Part shown: positions 7,722 through 18,812 of the stretch, piece after piece
How the letters are laid out: the number at the start of each line of letters is the position of its first letter
How positions within the stretch are numbered: the stretch's first letter is position 1
Assembly: GCA_018821365.1 (NCBI GenBank)
Contig: JAHJML010000129.1
Location: 1-55,592, forward strand
Length of the DNA stretch: 55,592 nt
From: Actinomycetota bacterium
GTDB lineage: Bacteria > Actinomycetota > Acidimicrobiia > Spongiisociales > UBA11373
Direction of reading: 5' to 3'
The notes under the pieces: model-generated
The model's database searches: none
What the model was told of the DNA's origin: nothing
The model's input: only the letters and a program-made list of their open reading frames with translations
Program-made: the position numbers and the translations under genes

Positions 7722-9041
7722 ATGAAATTGAGCAACCGAGTCCGCAGACAGGCGGTCAGCCTGCTCTCGATCGGTCTGGCGGCGATCGGCATCGCCGCAC
7801 TGACCGGTCTCCTTCTGTTGGGCCCCTTTCCTTCCCCCTGGTGGCTGTGGATCGTCTTTGCCGTGGCATTCGTGGTGCTCGAGTTCGCATCCGTCGAGGT
7901 GAGCGAGCGGATCCGGATCTCATCGTCGGTGATGGTGGCCTTCACCGCTGCGGTGGTATTCGGGAGGGAGGCCGCCGTGCCGGCGGTGGCGCTGATGGCC
8001 GCCGTCGCCATGCTGCAGCCGGAGGATGTCCGCAAGCGCCGCTGGCAGCAGCCACTCGCCAACCTCGGGCAACTGGTGCTGTCCTCGAGTGCCGGGATGC
8101 TGGTGTTCGTCCTGTTCCTTCCCCACGGTGAGCTCACCGTGGGCCACCTTCCGCTGGTGGTGGTAGGTGCTGTGGTCGGAGCTGCGGCATACAACTACTG
8201 CAACTACCAGATGGTGGCCGGCTTCGTGCGGCTCGCCTACCCGGGCAGGACGATGCCGTCGTGGTCGAGCATGCTCGGCACCCATGCCACCATGGCGACG
8301 CTGGCCCTCCTCGGCGCCCTGCTGGGGGCGGCCTACGTGATGGTCGGTCCGGTCGTCGGCCCGCTGATCCTGCTGACCTACCTCGTCGGCCACTTCGGCT
8401 TCTCCACCCACGCCAGGCTCCGGCAGGCCCACGAATCGACCATCCGGGGCTTCGTGAAGGTGGTGGAGGCCCTCGATCCCTACACCAGAGGCCACACCGA
8501 GCGAGTGGCCTACCTGTGCCGGATCGTCGGGGAGGACCTGCAGTTGAGCTGGGAGCGGGCCGAGCGGCTCCGGTGGGCAGCCCTGCTCCACGATGTCGGC
8601 AGGTTGGCGGTGCCGGGCGATCTGGCGCGGCGGGAAGGGACCCTGACCGCCGAGGAGCACGAGGAGTCCGCTCGCCACCGCCGGGTGGTCGACGGGGTGC
8701 TCGCCGAGGTCGAGTTCCTGCGGCCGATGATCGAGGTCACCGCCGCCGCTCACGAGTTGCTCGGAGACACTGCTCCCTGGAGGACCGCTCCGCTGGAAGC
8801 CCGCATCCTCGCCGCCACCGATCGGTTCGACTCGTTGACGACCACCCGCTCCTATCGGCAAGCCGTCACCCAGGCCGCCGCCTTCGCTTCGTTGCGGGAA
8901 GGGGTGGACAGATTCGGCGCCGATGTGCTCGACGCCTTCGAAGCAGCCGTGGCGATGCGGGGCGAGGTCTACGGATCTCCCGACGATGCCTCGGCAGCCC
9001 GCCTCTTCGAACAGGTGAGGGAGAGGGCGATTCGTGCCTAG
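7722..9041 (+). CDS. Membrane protein with C-terminal degenerate HD-GYP-type HD domain
   Basis: ORF 7656..9041 trimmed to MKLSNRV (ATG 7722). The N-terminal half is multi-TM. The C-terminal half has DPYTRGHTERV...ALLHDVGR...ARH...AAAHELLGDTAPW...ATDRFDSLTTTRSYR, so the HHE is reduced to AHE and the GYP motif is absent. Confidence 0.75.
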   Translation: MKLSNRVRRQAVSLLSIGLAAIGIAALTGLLLLGPFPSPWWLWIVFAVAFVVLEFASVEVSERIRISSSVMVAFTAAVVFGREAAVPAVALMAAVAMLQPEDVRKRRWQQPLANLGQLVLSSSAGMLVFVLFLPHGELTVGHLPLVVVGAVVGAAAYNYCNYQMVAGFVRLAYPGRTMPSWSSMLGTHATMATLALLGALLGAAYVMVGPVVGPLILLTYLVGHFGFSTHARLRQAHESTIRGFVKVVEALDPYTRGHTERVAYLCRIVGEDLQLSWERAERLRWAALLHDVGRLAVPGDLARREGTLTAEEHEESARHRRVVDGVLAEVEFLRPMIEVTAAAHELLGDTAPWRTAPLEARILAATDRFDSLTTTRSYRQAVTQAAAFASLREGVDRFGADVLDAFEAAVAMRGEVYGSPDDASAARLFEQVRERAIRA

Positions 9042-10236
9042 CTTGCGCCGCCTTCGCAGGGCATGGCCCTTGCTGCTCCCCTCGGCTGGCATGGCCGTTG
9101 CGGTGCTCGCCGGGGTCGCGGCCGTCTCGGTGATGGTGGGTCTGGCATTCGTGGCAGCCCACCTGGTCACGATCCCCGACCGGACCGGGCGGCGGCTGTC
9201 CCTGAGTCCGATGGTGACGCTGGCGGCTCTGCTGCTCAGCGACGGCGGGGTCGTAGTGATCCTGGCCGGAGCCGCTTTGGGCATGCCGATGGGGTGGTGG
9301 ATCGTCCGCACCGTGCAGGGTGACCGGAGCCTCGACCACCTCTTCCCGGCGGAGCCACTTGCCCTCGGCGCCTGCCTCGCCACGTATGGGGGGATCCATG
9401 TGTGGATCTTCGGCGGCGGACAGCTGGGGGACTTCGGCCGTGCGGTCGCCATCGGTGTCGCCGCCCTCGCCTGGTACGCCGCCGCCGCCCTGGTTCGAGC
9501 CCTCGCAAGCCCCGGCCGGCGGAGGGTCACCGCCCGGGTGCTGTGGTGGCAAGCGCTACGGGACGGTCCTGCGTACGTGGCACTCTTCTCGGGTGGCGCC
9601 ATGTTCGGCCTCGCCTGGGGCGCCATGTCCTGGTGGGCGCTTCCGGTGGCGCTGCTTCCCTACGGGTTCAGCCACCTCTCACTGCAGCGGGTGGCCACCA
9701 CGACCCGAACCTATCGCCAGACCATGACCGCGCTGGGCCGGATCCCGGAAGCCGGCGGTCTGGTCGGTCACGGACGAGCCGAGCGGACGGCGGCCCTGGC
9801 CGCCGAGGTCGCCGGTGAGGTTCGCCTCTCGCCGGCGGATGTGGAGCGGGTCGAGTACGCCGGCTTGCTCCACGATGTGGGCCGGGTGGTCTTCAACGAC
9901 CCGGCGGTCGCGGAGGGGGGATACAGCGACTCGGATGTGGCAGCCTGGGGGGCGGCCATCATCCTGGAGTCGCCCTACCTGAGTCCGGTGGCGCAACTGG
10001 TCGCCGACCAGTACAAGCCCTACCGGCGGGCCGGAGAGGCCCGCAATGAACTGCTGCCGCGGGCCGCTCAGGTGGTGCGGGTTGCCGCCGCCTACGACCG
10101 AACGCTTCACGAAGAGGGCAGCACCGCCGCCGAAGCCCTCGAGGAGCTGTACCGGGGCTCCGCCTACGACTTCGATCCTGCGGTGGTGGCTGCGCTGCGC
10201 CGGGTACTCCAACGACGAGGGGTGGCCGGGATCTAG
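9034..10236 (+). CDS. Membrane protein with C-terminal highly degenerate HD domain (paralogue of upstream gene)
   Basis: GTG start overlaps the previous stop by 8 nt. The N terminus is multi-TM. GHGRAERTA...GLLHDVGR is retained, but the later His motifs are lost (ADQYKPY in place of HHE). Confidence 0.7.
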   Translation: MPSLRRLRRAWPLLLPSAGMAVAVLAGVAAVSVMVGLAFVAAHLVTIPDRTGRRLSLSPMVTLAALLLSDGGVVVILAGAALGMPMGWWIVRTVQGDRSLDHLFPAEPLALGACLATYGGIHVWIFGGGQLGDFGRAVAIGVAALAWYAAAALVRALASPGRRRVTARVLWWQALRDGPAYVALFSGGAMFGLAWGAMSWWALPVALLPYGFSHLSLQRVATTTRTYRQTMTALGRIPEAGGLVGHGRAERTAALAAEVAGEVRLSPADVERVEYAGLLHDVGRVVFNDPAVAEGGYSDSDVAAWGAAIILESPYLSPVAQLVADQYKPYRRAGEARNELLPRAAQVVRVAAAYDRTLHEEGSTAAEALEELYRGSAYDFDPAVVAALRRVLQRRGVAGI

Positions 10237-10278
10237 GACCGCAGCGGGCGCCGGTCTTCCCGGCCCCATTAGCCTGCC

Positions 10279-10755
10279 GTGGTGGCCAGCTTCCTCCGCC
10301 CTTCGTCCAAGTCCGTCGTGGTGCGCCGGGGTCTCCTGCTGGTGACCCGCAATCGATCGCGGCGGGACTCAGAGGGGGAGTGGTTGCTGCTCCCGGGGGG
10401 CGGGCAGCACCCCGGCGAGGACCTCCATGCCACCCTGCGAAGAGAGGTGAGCGAGGAGACCGGGATCACCGTGGCCCCGGGCCGATTGCTGTGGATTCGG
10501 GAGTACATCCCCGCCCATCATGAGTTCGCCCATTTCAGCGAGCAGGACCACGCCATCGAGTTCATGTTCGAAGCGGAGGTGGAGGGCGAACCGGCTGCGC
10601 CCACCGAGACGGACCCCGATCAGATCGGATTCGAGTGGGTCGCACCGGCCGATCTGGCGGCACGCCGCTTCTACCCGCGGGTGCTGATCGGGCCGATCAC
10701 CGCCTTCGCCGAGGGCGCTGCCACCGGGCCGGTGTACCTGGGGGACGTGAACTGA
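10279..10755 (+). CDS. NUDIX hydrolase
   Basis: Nudix box GGGQHPGEDLHATLRREVSEETGI (GX5EX7REUXEEXGU). Confidence 0.85.
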   Translation: MVASFLRPSSKSVVVRRGLLLVTRNRSRRDSEGEWLLLPGGGQHPGEDLHATLRREVSEETGITVAPGRLLWIREYIPAHHEFAHFSEQDHAIEFMFEAEVEGEPAAPTETDPDQIGFEWVAPADLAARRFYPRVLIGPITAFAEGAATGPVYLGDVN

Positions 10756-10816
10756 TGGAGCCGCAAGGGCTAGCGTTCGGGGCGCGGCGGGACTCGATGG
10801 ACGGGAGGTCGCTCCG

Positions 10817-12592
10817 GTGACGTGGGAGGCGTGGTTCACGCTCGCGGTGGTGGTGGTCGTGATCGTGCTGCTGGCTCGCGAGGTCCTCCTCCCGGCGGTG
10901 GTGATGTTCGGCGCCGTCGTCGTGCTGCTCATCTCGGGAGTGCTGACCCCCGAGCAGGCCTTCAACGGGTTCAGCAACCCCGCCCCGATCACCGTCGCCG
11001 CCCTCTATGTGCTTGCCGGCGCCATCGAGCGAACCGGGGTGCTGGTCCCCCTCGTCAACTCGTTGCTGGGCGGCGTCGGGGGGGAGCGCCGTACCCTGGC
11101 GCGACTGATCCTGCCCGCCGCCGGTGCGTCGGCGTTCCTCAACAACACCCCGATCGTGGCGATGCTGGTTCCGGCCGTCTCGCGCTGGTCGAACCGCACC
11201 GGTGGCTCCGTGTCGGCGTTGCTGTTGCCGTTGTCGTTTGCGGCGATCCTCGGCGGCATGATCACGGTGATCGGCACCTCCACCAACATCGTGGTCTCCG
11301 GCCTGCTGGCGCAGTCGGGCTACGAGCCGATCGGGTTCTTCGAGATCACCTACCTGGGGCTGCCGGTGGCACTCGTCGGGCTCGCCTTGCTGCTGTGGCT
11401 GGCGCCGCTCAAGTTGCCCGACCGAACCCCGGCGCGGGCCGACCTGTCCGGTGACGTCCGCGAGTTCGTCCTCGACATGCGGGTGGTGGCGGGCGGTCCG
11501 CTCGACGGGGTCACCGTGGAAGCCGCCGGCCTGCGGAGGCTGCAGGGCGTGTTCCTGGTGCAGATCGACCGGGAGGCGGAGCGTCGGATCATCGCCCCGG
11601 TGGCTCCGACCGTGGGGCTGCGGGGTGGAGATCGGCTGCGGTTCGTCGGCAGCGCCGCCGATGTGCTCGACCTCCAGACCACCCGGGGGTTGGAACCGGA
11701 GGCCAAGGAGCATCTGGCCGACCTCGATACCGGGAGGATCCGCTTCTTCGAAGCAGTGGTCGGGTCGGCTTCCCCCCTGGTGGGCAAGTCGATGAAGGAG
11801 ATCGGGTTCCGGGCCCGGTACGGGGCGGCCTGTTTCGCCGTGCACCGGGCGGATCACCGGGTGGTCGGGCAGCTAGGCAAGGTGAAGCTGCGGGTTGGCG
11901 ACACGCTGCTGCTGGTGGCAGAACCGGGGTTCCGGTCGAGGTGGCAGGACCGCAGCGACTTCCTGTTGGTGTCGCGCCTCGACGGGACCGATCCGGTCAG
12001 GACCGACAAGGCGCCCGTGGCGGTGGGGATCGGATTGCTGGTGGTAGTGGCCGCCGCCACCGGCTTCGTCGACATCCTGGACGCCTCGCTGGTGGGGGCG
12101 CTCGCCCTGCTGGCCTTCGGGGTGTTGTCGCCCACCGAGATGCGGGGGGTCGTCGATCTCAACGTGCTGGTGGTGATCGCCTGCTCGTTCGGCCTGGGGG
12201 CGGCCATCTTCGAGACGGGACTGGCCGACAAGGTGGCCGATGGGCTCATCGGCGGCCTCGAAGGATTCGGCCACTGGGCGGTGCTGCTGGGGGTGATGCT
12301 GGCCACGGTGGTGTTGACGGAAATGATCACCAACAACGCGGCGGCGGTGCTGATGTTTCCGATTGCGGTGGCGGTGGCCAATCAGGTCGGCGGCGATCCG
12401 CGCGGGTACGCCATGGCGGTGGCGGTGATCGCCTCTGCTTCGTTCCTGACGCCGATCGGGTATCAGACGAACACGATGGTGTGGGGGCCGGGGGGGTACC
12501 GGTTCAGCGACTACGCCCGGCTCGGGGTGCCGATCACGGTGGCGGCGATCGGGATCGCACTGGTGATGACCCTGCACTTCTACGGGATCTAG
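10817..12592 (+). CDS. SLC13/DASS-family permease with two internal TrkA-C (RCK-C) domains
   Basis: 591 aa. The ends are TM-rich, and the central region has two TrkA-C-like repeats (VVAGGPLDGVTVEAAGLR..., VVGSASPLVGKSMKEIGFR...). This is a YfbS-like architecture. Confidence 0.8.
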   Translation: MTWEAWFTLAVVVVVIVLLAREVLLPAVVMFGAVVVLLISGVLTPEQAFNGFSNPAPITVAALYVLAGAIERTGVLVPLVNSLLGGVGGERRTLARLILPAAGASAFLNNTPIVAMLVPAVSRWSNRTGGSVSALLLPLSFAAILGGMITVIGTSTNIVVSGLLAQSGYEPIGFFEITYLGLPVALVGLALLLWLAPLKLPDRTPARADLSGDVREFVLDMRVVAGGPLDGVTVEAAGLRRLQGVFLVQIDREAERRIIAPVAPTVGLRGGDRLRFVGSAADVLDLQTTRGLEPEAKEHLADLDTGRIRFFEAVVGSASPLVGKSMKEIGFRARYGAACFAVHRADHRVVGQLGKVKLRVGDTLLLVAEPGFRSRWQDRSDFLLVSRLDGTDPVRTDKAPVAVGIGLLVVVAAATGFVDILDASLVGALALLAFGVLSPTEMRGVVDLNVLVVIACSFGLGAAIFETGLADKVADGLIGGLEGFGHWAVLLGVMLATVVLTEMITNNAAAVLMFPIAVAVANQVGGDPRGYAMAVAVIASASFLTPIGYQTNTMVWGPGGYRFSDYARLGVPITVAAIGIALVMTLHFYGI

Positions 12593-12605
12593 AGGGAGCG
12601 CATCC

Positions 12606-13229
12606 CTATCCGGCGAGTGCCAGGGCGATGAGGGCGTCGATGTCGGCGGGGGGGAGCCGGCCGAAGGCGGTCGTCAGCAGCCTGCCGTCGGCCGAGATCA
12701 CGAAGGTCGCCGGGAGCCCGGCGCTGGGGTAGCTCAGCTCGACGCGGCCGGTCTCGTCGATTCCGATCGGATAGGTGATCCCGATCTCCTCCGCAAAGGC
12801 CTCCGCGGCGATGGGGTCGTCGGAGACAGCCACGCCGAGGATCACCACACCCGGATTGGCGATAGAGGCGGCGTTCAGGTCGGGCATCTCCTCCCGGCAC
12901 GGGGGGCACCAGGAGGCCCAGAGGTTGAGGATGACCGGCCTCCCGTCGTTGGCCAGGTGGGCGGCGAGGCTGAAGGTGGTGCCGTCGAAGAGCGCCACCG
13001 AGAACAAGGGTGCCTCGTCGTCGCGGGAAGTGGCGGTGGGCAGCGGGGGAAGGGTGATCCCGGTGGCGGTGGTGCTCGGAGCCTCGGCCGTCGAGTCGTC
13101 GGCTCCGAAGAGCACAACGCTGCCCGCCACGATCACCATCGCCAGCAGGGTCAGCAACCCGAGCCGCCACGGTGTGGCGCCGGGGTCGTGGCGATCACGA
13201 TCGGGATGAGTGTCGGGCACGGCGGCCAC
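12606..13229 (-). CDS. TlpA/ResA-like membrane-anchored thiol:disulfide oxidoreductase (thioredoxin fold)
   Basis: N-terminal TM anchor and the motif LNLWASWCPPCREEMP (WCxxC). Confidence 0.85.
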   Translation of the reverse strand: MAAVPDTHPDRDRHDPGATPWRLGLLTLLAMVIVAGSVVLFGADDSTAEAPSTTATGITLPPLPTATSRDDEAPLFSVALFDGTTFSLAAHLANDGRPVILNLWASWCPPCREEMPDLNAASIANPGVVILGVAVSDDPIAAEAFAEEIGITYPIGIDETGRVELSYPSAGLPATFVISADGRLLTTAFGRLPPADIDALIALALAG

Positions 13230-13350
13230 GATACCGGGTATCGCCGCTCACCGGTCTCGGCGAGCCGGTCCCCGGTGGGTGGGGGCGGGCCTCAGGCGGG
13301 GCCGAACATCGCCTTGCGGCCGCCCCGGCACGCCCGGCACCGCCCGGTCG

Positions 13351-13515
13351 GACGTCATCTGGCACAACGGCGGCACCTACGGTGCCGCCGGTTTCCTGGC
13401 CCTCGACCGGGAGCGGCGGATGGCGGTGGCCGCCTTCGGGAATCGGGGACCACTGCGGGCGAGTCCCATCGACAGGGTGGGTTGGCCGGTCTTCGACGGC
13501 CTCGACGCCTCCTGA
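13351..13515 (+). pseudogene. Remnant of the C-terminal end of a serine hydrolase / class C beta-lactamase-family gene
   Basis: Only the tail of ORF 13210..13515 is protein-like: DVIWHNGGTYGAAGFLALDRERRMAVAAFGN matches the (H)xGGTxGF...N C-terminal signature of beta-lactamase-family proteins. The roughly 300 aa normally preceding it are absent. Confidence 0.45.
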
Positions 13516-13536
13516 GCGAACCGCCCGGGGGCCCCC

Positions 13537-14667
13537 TCAGCGGATCGGGGTGTCCCGATCCTTCCAGGCGATCGAGGCATGGGTCGAGTAGAGCAGCATC
13601 GAGTGCACCAGGGTCGAACCCCAGAACGCCACCGTGATCGGGTGGAACGGGGTCGTCCACAACGGGTCCCCGCCCAGGTTGGAGGTCAGCGCCCGATTGG
13701 CGAGGAGGAGGATCACCTGGAACAGGGCGATGTCGGGTACCTGGTCCCCCAGGATGCCCAGGCCGACCCTCACGAAGGGTGCCAGCAGCAGGGGCGTCAG
13801 CACAAAAGCCACCAGCACGCCCATCCACGGCTTGTTCCCCAGTGCACCGTAGGCGTTCTTGGAGAACCCGTTCCAGATGTCCCCGAAGTCGTCGTACCAG
13901 CGGGTCTCCACCAGATCGGTGCCGTTGGCGATCCGCACCCGATACCCTGCCCGCTTCACGTTGCGGCTCATCTCGACGTCGTCCACCACGTGGTTGGGGG
14001 CGGCGGCGTGGCCGCCCGACCTGTCGTAGGCCTCCCGGGTGACCATCAAGAACGGCCCGAAGGCGACGGCGAGCATCGGGTTGCGGGTCTTGTGGATCAG
14101 GCTGATCGGGAACAGCCCGAACAGCGCATGGGTGACCATCGGGAGCAGGACCTTGCCGGCGAAGGACCGCGATCCCGAGCGGGGCAGCAGGGACACCAGG
14201 CCTGCCTGATCCTGGACCAGGATCTCCATCGCCGCCGACACGGTCTCCGGTTCGATGTTGGTGTCGGCATCCACGAAGCAGAGGATGTCGCCGGTGGCGA
14301 CCTTGGCTAGTTGATGGCACGCCCAGTTCTTCCCGCTCCATCCGGAGGAGAGCGGCCGGCCCGATTGGAGCCTGACCCTCTCGTCCCGGAGCGACCGCAC
14401 GATGTCGGCGGTCCCGTCGGTGGAGGCGTCGTCCATCACCACGATCTCGATGTTGGGGTAGTCCTGGGCGAGGAGGTTGGAGATGCACCGCTCGATGACG
14501 GCCTCCTCGTTGCGGGCGGGAACCAGCAGGCTCACCCGGGGAGCGGTTTCGGGCCAGCGGCGCGACGGGGGGCGGTGCATCTCGCGGCGATTCCACAGGA
14601 TCAGCAGGAACTGGGCGATGCACATCACCGTGATGATCCCGTCGAGGACCAGTGCCTGGTCGATCAT
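13537..14667 (-). CDS. Membrane glycosyltransferase, family 2
   Basis: ORF 13537..14916 trimmed to MIDQALVLDG (ATG 14665-14667). N-terminal TM helix, GT2 core (SLLVPARNEE...MDDASTDGT...FVDADT), and C-terminal TM helices. Confidence 0.8.
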   Translation of the reverse strand: MIDQALVLDGIITVMCIAQFLLILWNRREMHRPPSRRWPETAPRVSLLVPARNEEAVIERCISNLLAQDYPNIEIVVMDDASTDGTADIVRSLRDERVRLQSGRPLSSGWSGKNWACHQLAKVATGDILCFVDADTNIEPETVSAAMEILVQDQAGLVSLLPRSGSRSFAGKVLLPMVTHALFGLFPISLIHKTRNPMLAVAFGPFLMVTREAYDRSGGHAAAPNHVVDDVEMSRNVKRAGYRVRIANGTDLVETRWYDDFGDIWNGFSKNAYGALGNKPWMGVLVAFVLTPLLLAPFVRVGLGILGDQVPDIALFQVILLLANRALTSNLGGDPLWTTPFHPITVAFWGSTLVHSMLLYSTHASIAWKDRDTPIR

Positions 14668-15281
14668 CGGGTGCCTCCCGTGGCGCGGTTCCAGCCGGTT
14701 TCCGCCTCGATGCGCCGCATGCGCGGCTCGTCGATGATGCGCTTGACCGCCGTCAGCACGAACCCCTCGAGGGCCACCGCCATGATCGCCCAACGGGCCC
14801 CGGTGAACGGTGCGATCACGAAGGTCAGGACTGCCACGGTGATGACGGTGGGGAGGAATCGGTGCGTGGCCAGCCAGACGAGCAGGCCGGCGGCCCCTGC
14901 CAGGAGGACGGCCCACGGCATCAGGGCGGCGGTGAAGCCGCCCGCCGCCGCCAGACCCTTCCCTCCGATGAAGCCGAGCCAGATCGGAAAGGCGTGGCCC
15001 AGGATCAGGAACGCCACCGCCACCGCCAATCTCCCGATCGGCCCGTCACCGAGAGGCAGCGCAACGGCAGCGCCCTTGCCGAAATCGACGGCGAAGACGG
15101 CAACCCCCCACCCCTTGCCGACCTCGTGGAAGACGTTGCGGGCCCCGACGTTGCCTTCGCCGGCGGTGCGGACGTCGGTACCCGATTGCAGCCGGCCCGC
15201 CAGATAGGCGGCGGGGAACGATCCGATCAGATAGGCGCCGGCGGCGACGCCGACGAGGACTCCGAACTCCGGCCAGTTCAC
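14664..15281 (-). CDS. plsY: Glycerol-3-phosphate acyltransferase PlsY
   Basis: This is the C-terminal 205 aa of ORF 14664..16145. GTG start at 15279-15281 follows GAGGTGG. PlsY motifs are present: GSFPAAYL, GEGNVGARN, GKG. Its stop overlaps the GT2 start by 4 nt. Confidence 0.85.
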   Translation of the reverse strand: MNWPEFGVLVGVAAGAYLIGSFPAAYLAGRLQSGTDVRTAGEGNVGARNVFHEVGKGWGVAVFAVDFGKGAAVALPLGDGPIGRLAVAVAFLILGHAFPIWLGFIGGKGLAAAGGFTAALMPWAVLLAGAAGLLVWLATHRFLPTVITVAVLTFVIAPFTGARWAIMAVALEGFVLTAVKRIIDEPRMRRIEAETGWNRATGGTR

Positions 15282-15322
15282 CGCACCACCTCGGGGGGGA
15301 GTGTAGAGCGGCTCACCGGCGG

Positions 15323-17995
<2,673 letters not shown>

Positions 17996-18056
17996 CCTCT
18001 CCCGGTCTGTGACGACTTGAGGATACCGGTGATGACGGGCGACTCCCCGAGGTGGT

Positions 18057-18743
18057 TCAGAGAGCGGTGACGCAGGCGTCGTCGGGTCCGTCGTGGGGGG
18101 TGACCACCACCGGCCCGGCGCCGCCGGCGGCATCCATCAGGCCGCGGACGATGCCCTGGTCGATCCTGCAGACGATCTCGGGGTGATCGGCAGCCGTCTT
18201 CCCGAACGGGCAGTGGCTGGTCAGCAGCGATCGATCTGCCGGGTCGGGAGCCATCCCGAAACCGATGGTCTCCAGCGCTCCGGAGACCGCCTGGAGGGCG
18301 GCTTGGGCATCGTGACCACCGGTGAGCCCGATCTCGGCGGCGAGTTGGGCACCGAATCGGAAACCGACCTCCTCGGCGACGGACGATGCTCGCCCGGGGT
18401 CGAGTCGCTCCACCACCTGCACCAGGAGTTCGGAGAGAAGGTCGAAGCGGCGAGGCGGGTGGCTGACCGAGATCTCTTTCCCGGTGGCCCGGTAGTGGCG
18501 GGGTGGCCGTCCGGCGTGGGGTTCGCCTCCCGCGGGCGGCTCGGCCTCCTCGAGGTAGCCCTCCTCGACGAGGCGCTCCAGGTGGTGGCGGGCCACGTTC
18601 GGGTGGAGGTCGAACGCCCCGGCGATCGCCGTCACGGTCGTCGGGCCGGACGCCTCCACCGCCAGGTAGATGCCGCGCCGGGTGGGATCGCCGAGGATGG
18701 CTGCCAGGTCACCGAGCGCAGTCTCGAAGTGGCGGGTATCCAC
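18057..18743 (-). CDS. ArsR-type winged-HTH transcriptional regulator with C-terminal three-Cys domain (SufR-like)
   Basis: This is the C-terminal 228 aa of ORF 18057..20018. GTG start at 18741-18743 lies 7 nt after GGAGG. HTH region: [12 protein letters not shown]...[30 protein letters not shown] terminus: [15 protein letters not shown]...DDAC. Confidence 0.7.
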   Translation of the reverse strand: MDTRHFETALGDLAAILGDPTRRGIYLAVEASGPTTVTAIAGAFDLHPNVARHHLERLVEEGYLEEAEPPAGGEPHAGRPPRHYRATGKEISVSHPPRRFDLLSELLVQVVERLDPGRASSVAEEVGFRFGAQLAAEIGLTGGHDAQAALQAVSGALETIGFGMAPDPADRSLLTSHCPFGKTAADHPEIVCRIDQGIVRGLMDAAGGAGPVVVTPHDGPDDACVTAL

Positions 18744-18812
18744 CGGTGGCCTCCAGAGGGGAGAGAGCGGGTGGTCACTATAGTTTTTCGGGCCGTCCCT
18801 CAAGGAGTGCTC

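Noticed and set aside
13210-13515. The 101-aa ORF as an intact small gene.
   Set aside because: The N-terminal two-thirds is Arg/Gly/Pro-rich noise and its first 20 nt overlap the tlpA start region. Only the tail resembles a known family, so it is interpreted as a remnant rather than a functional CDS.
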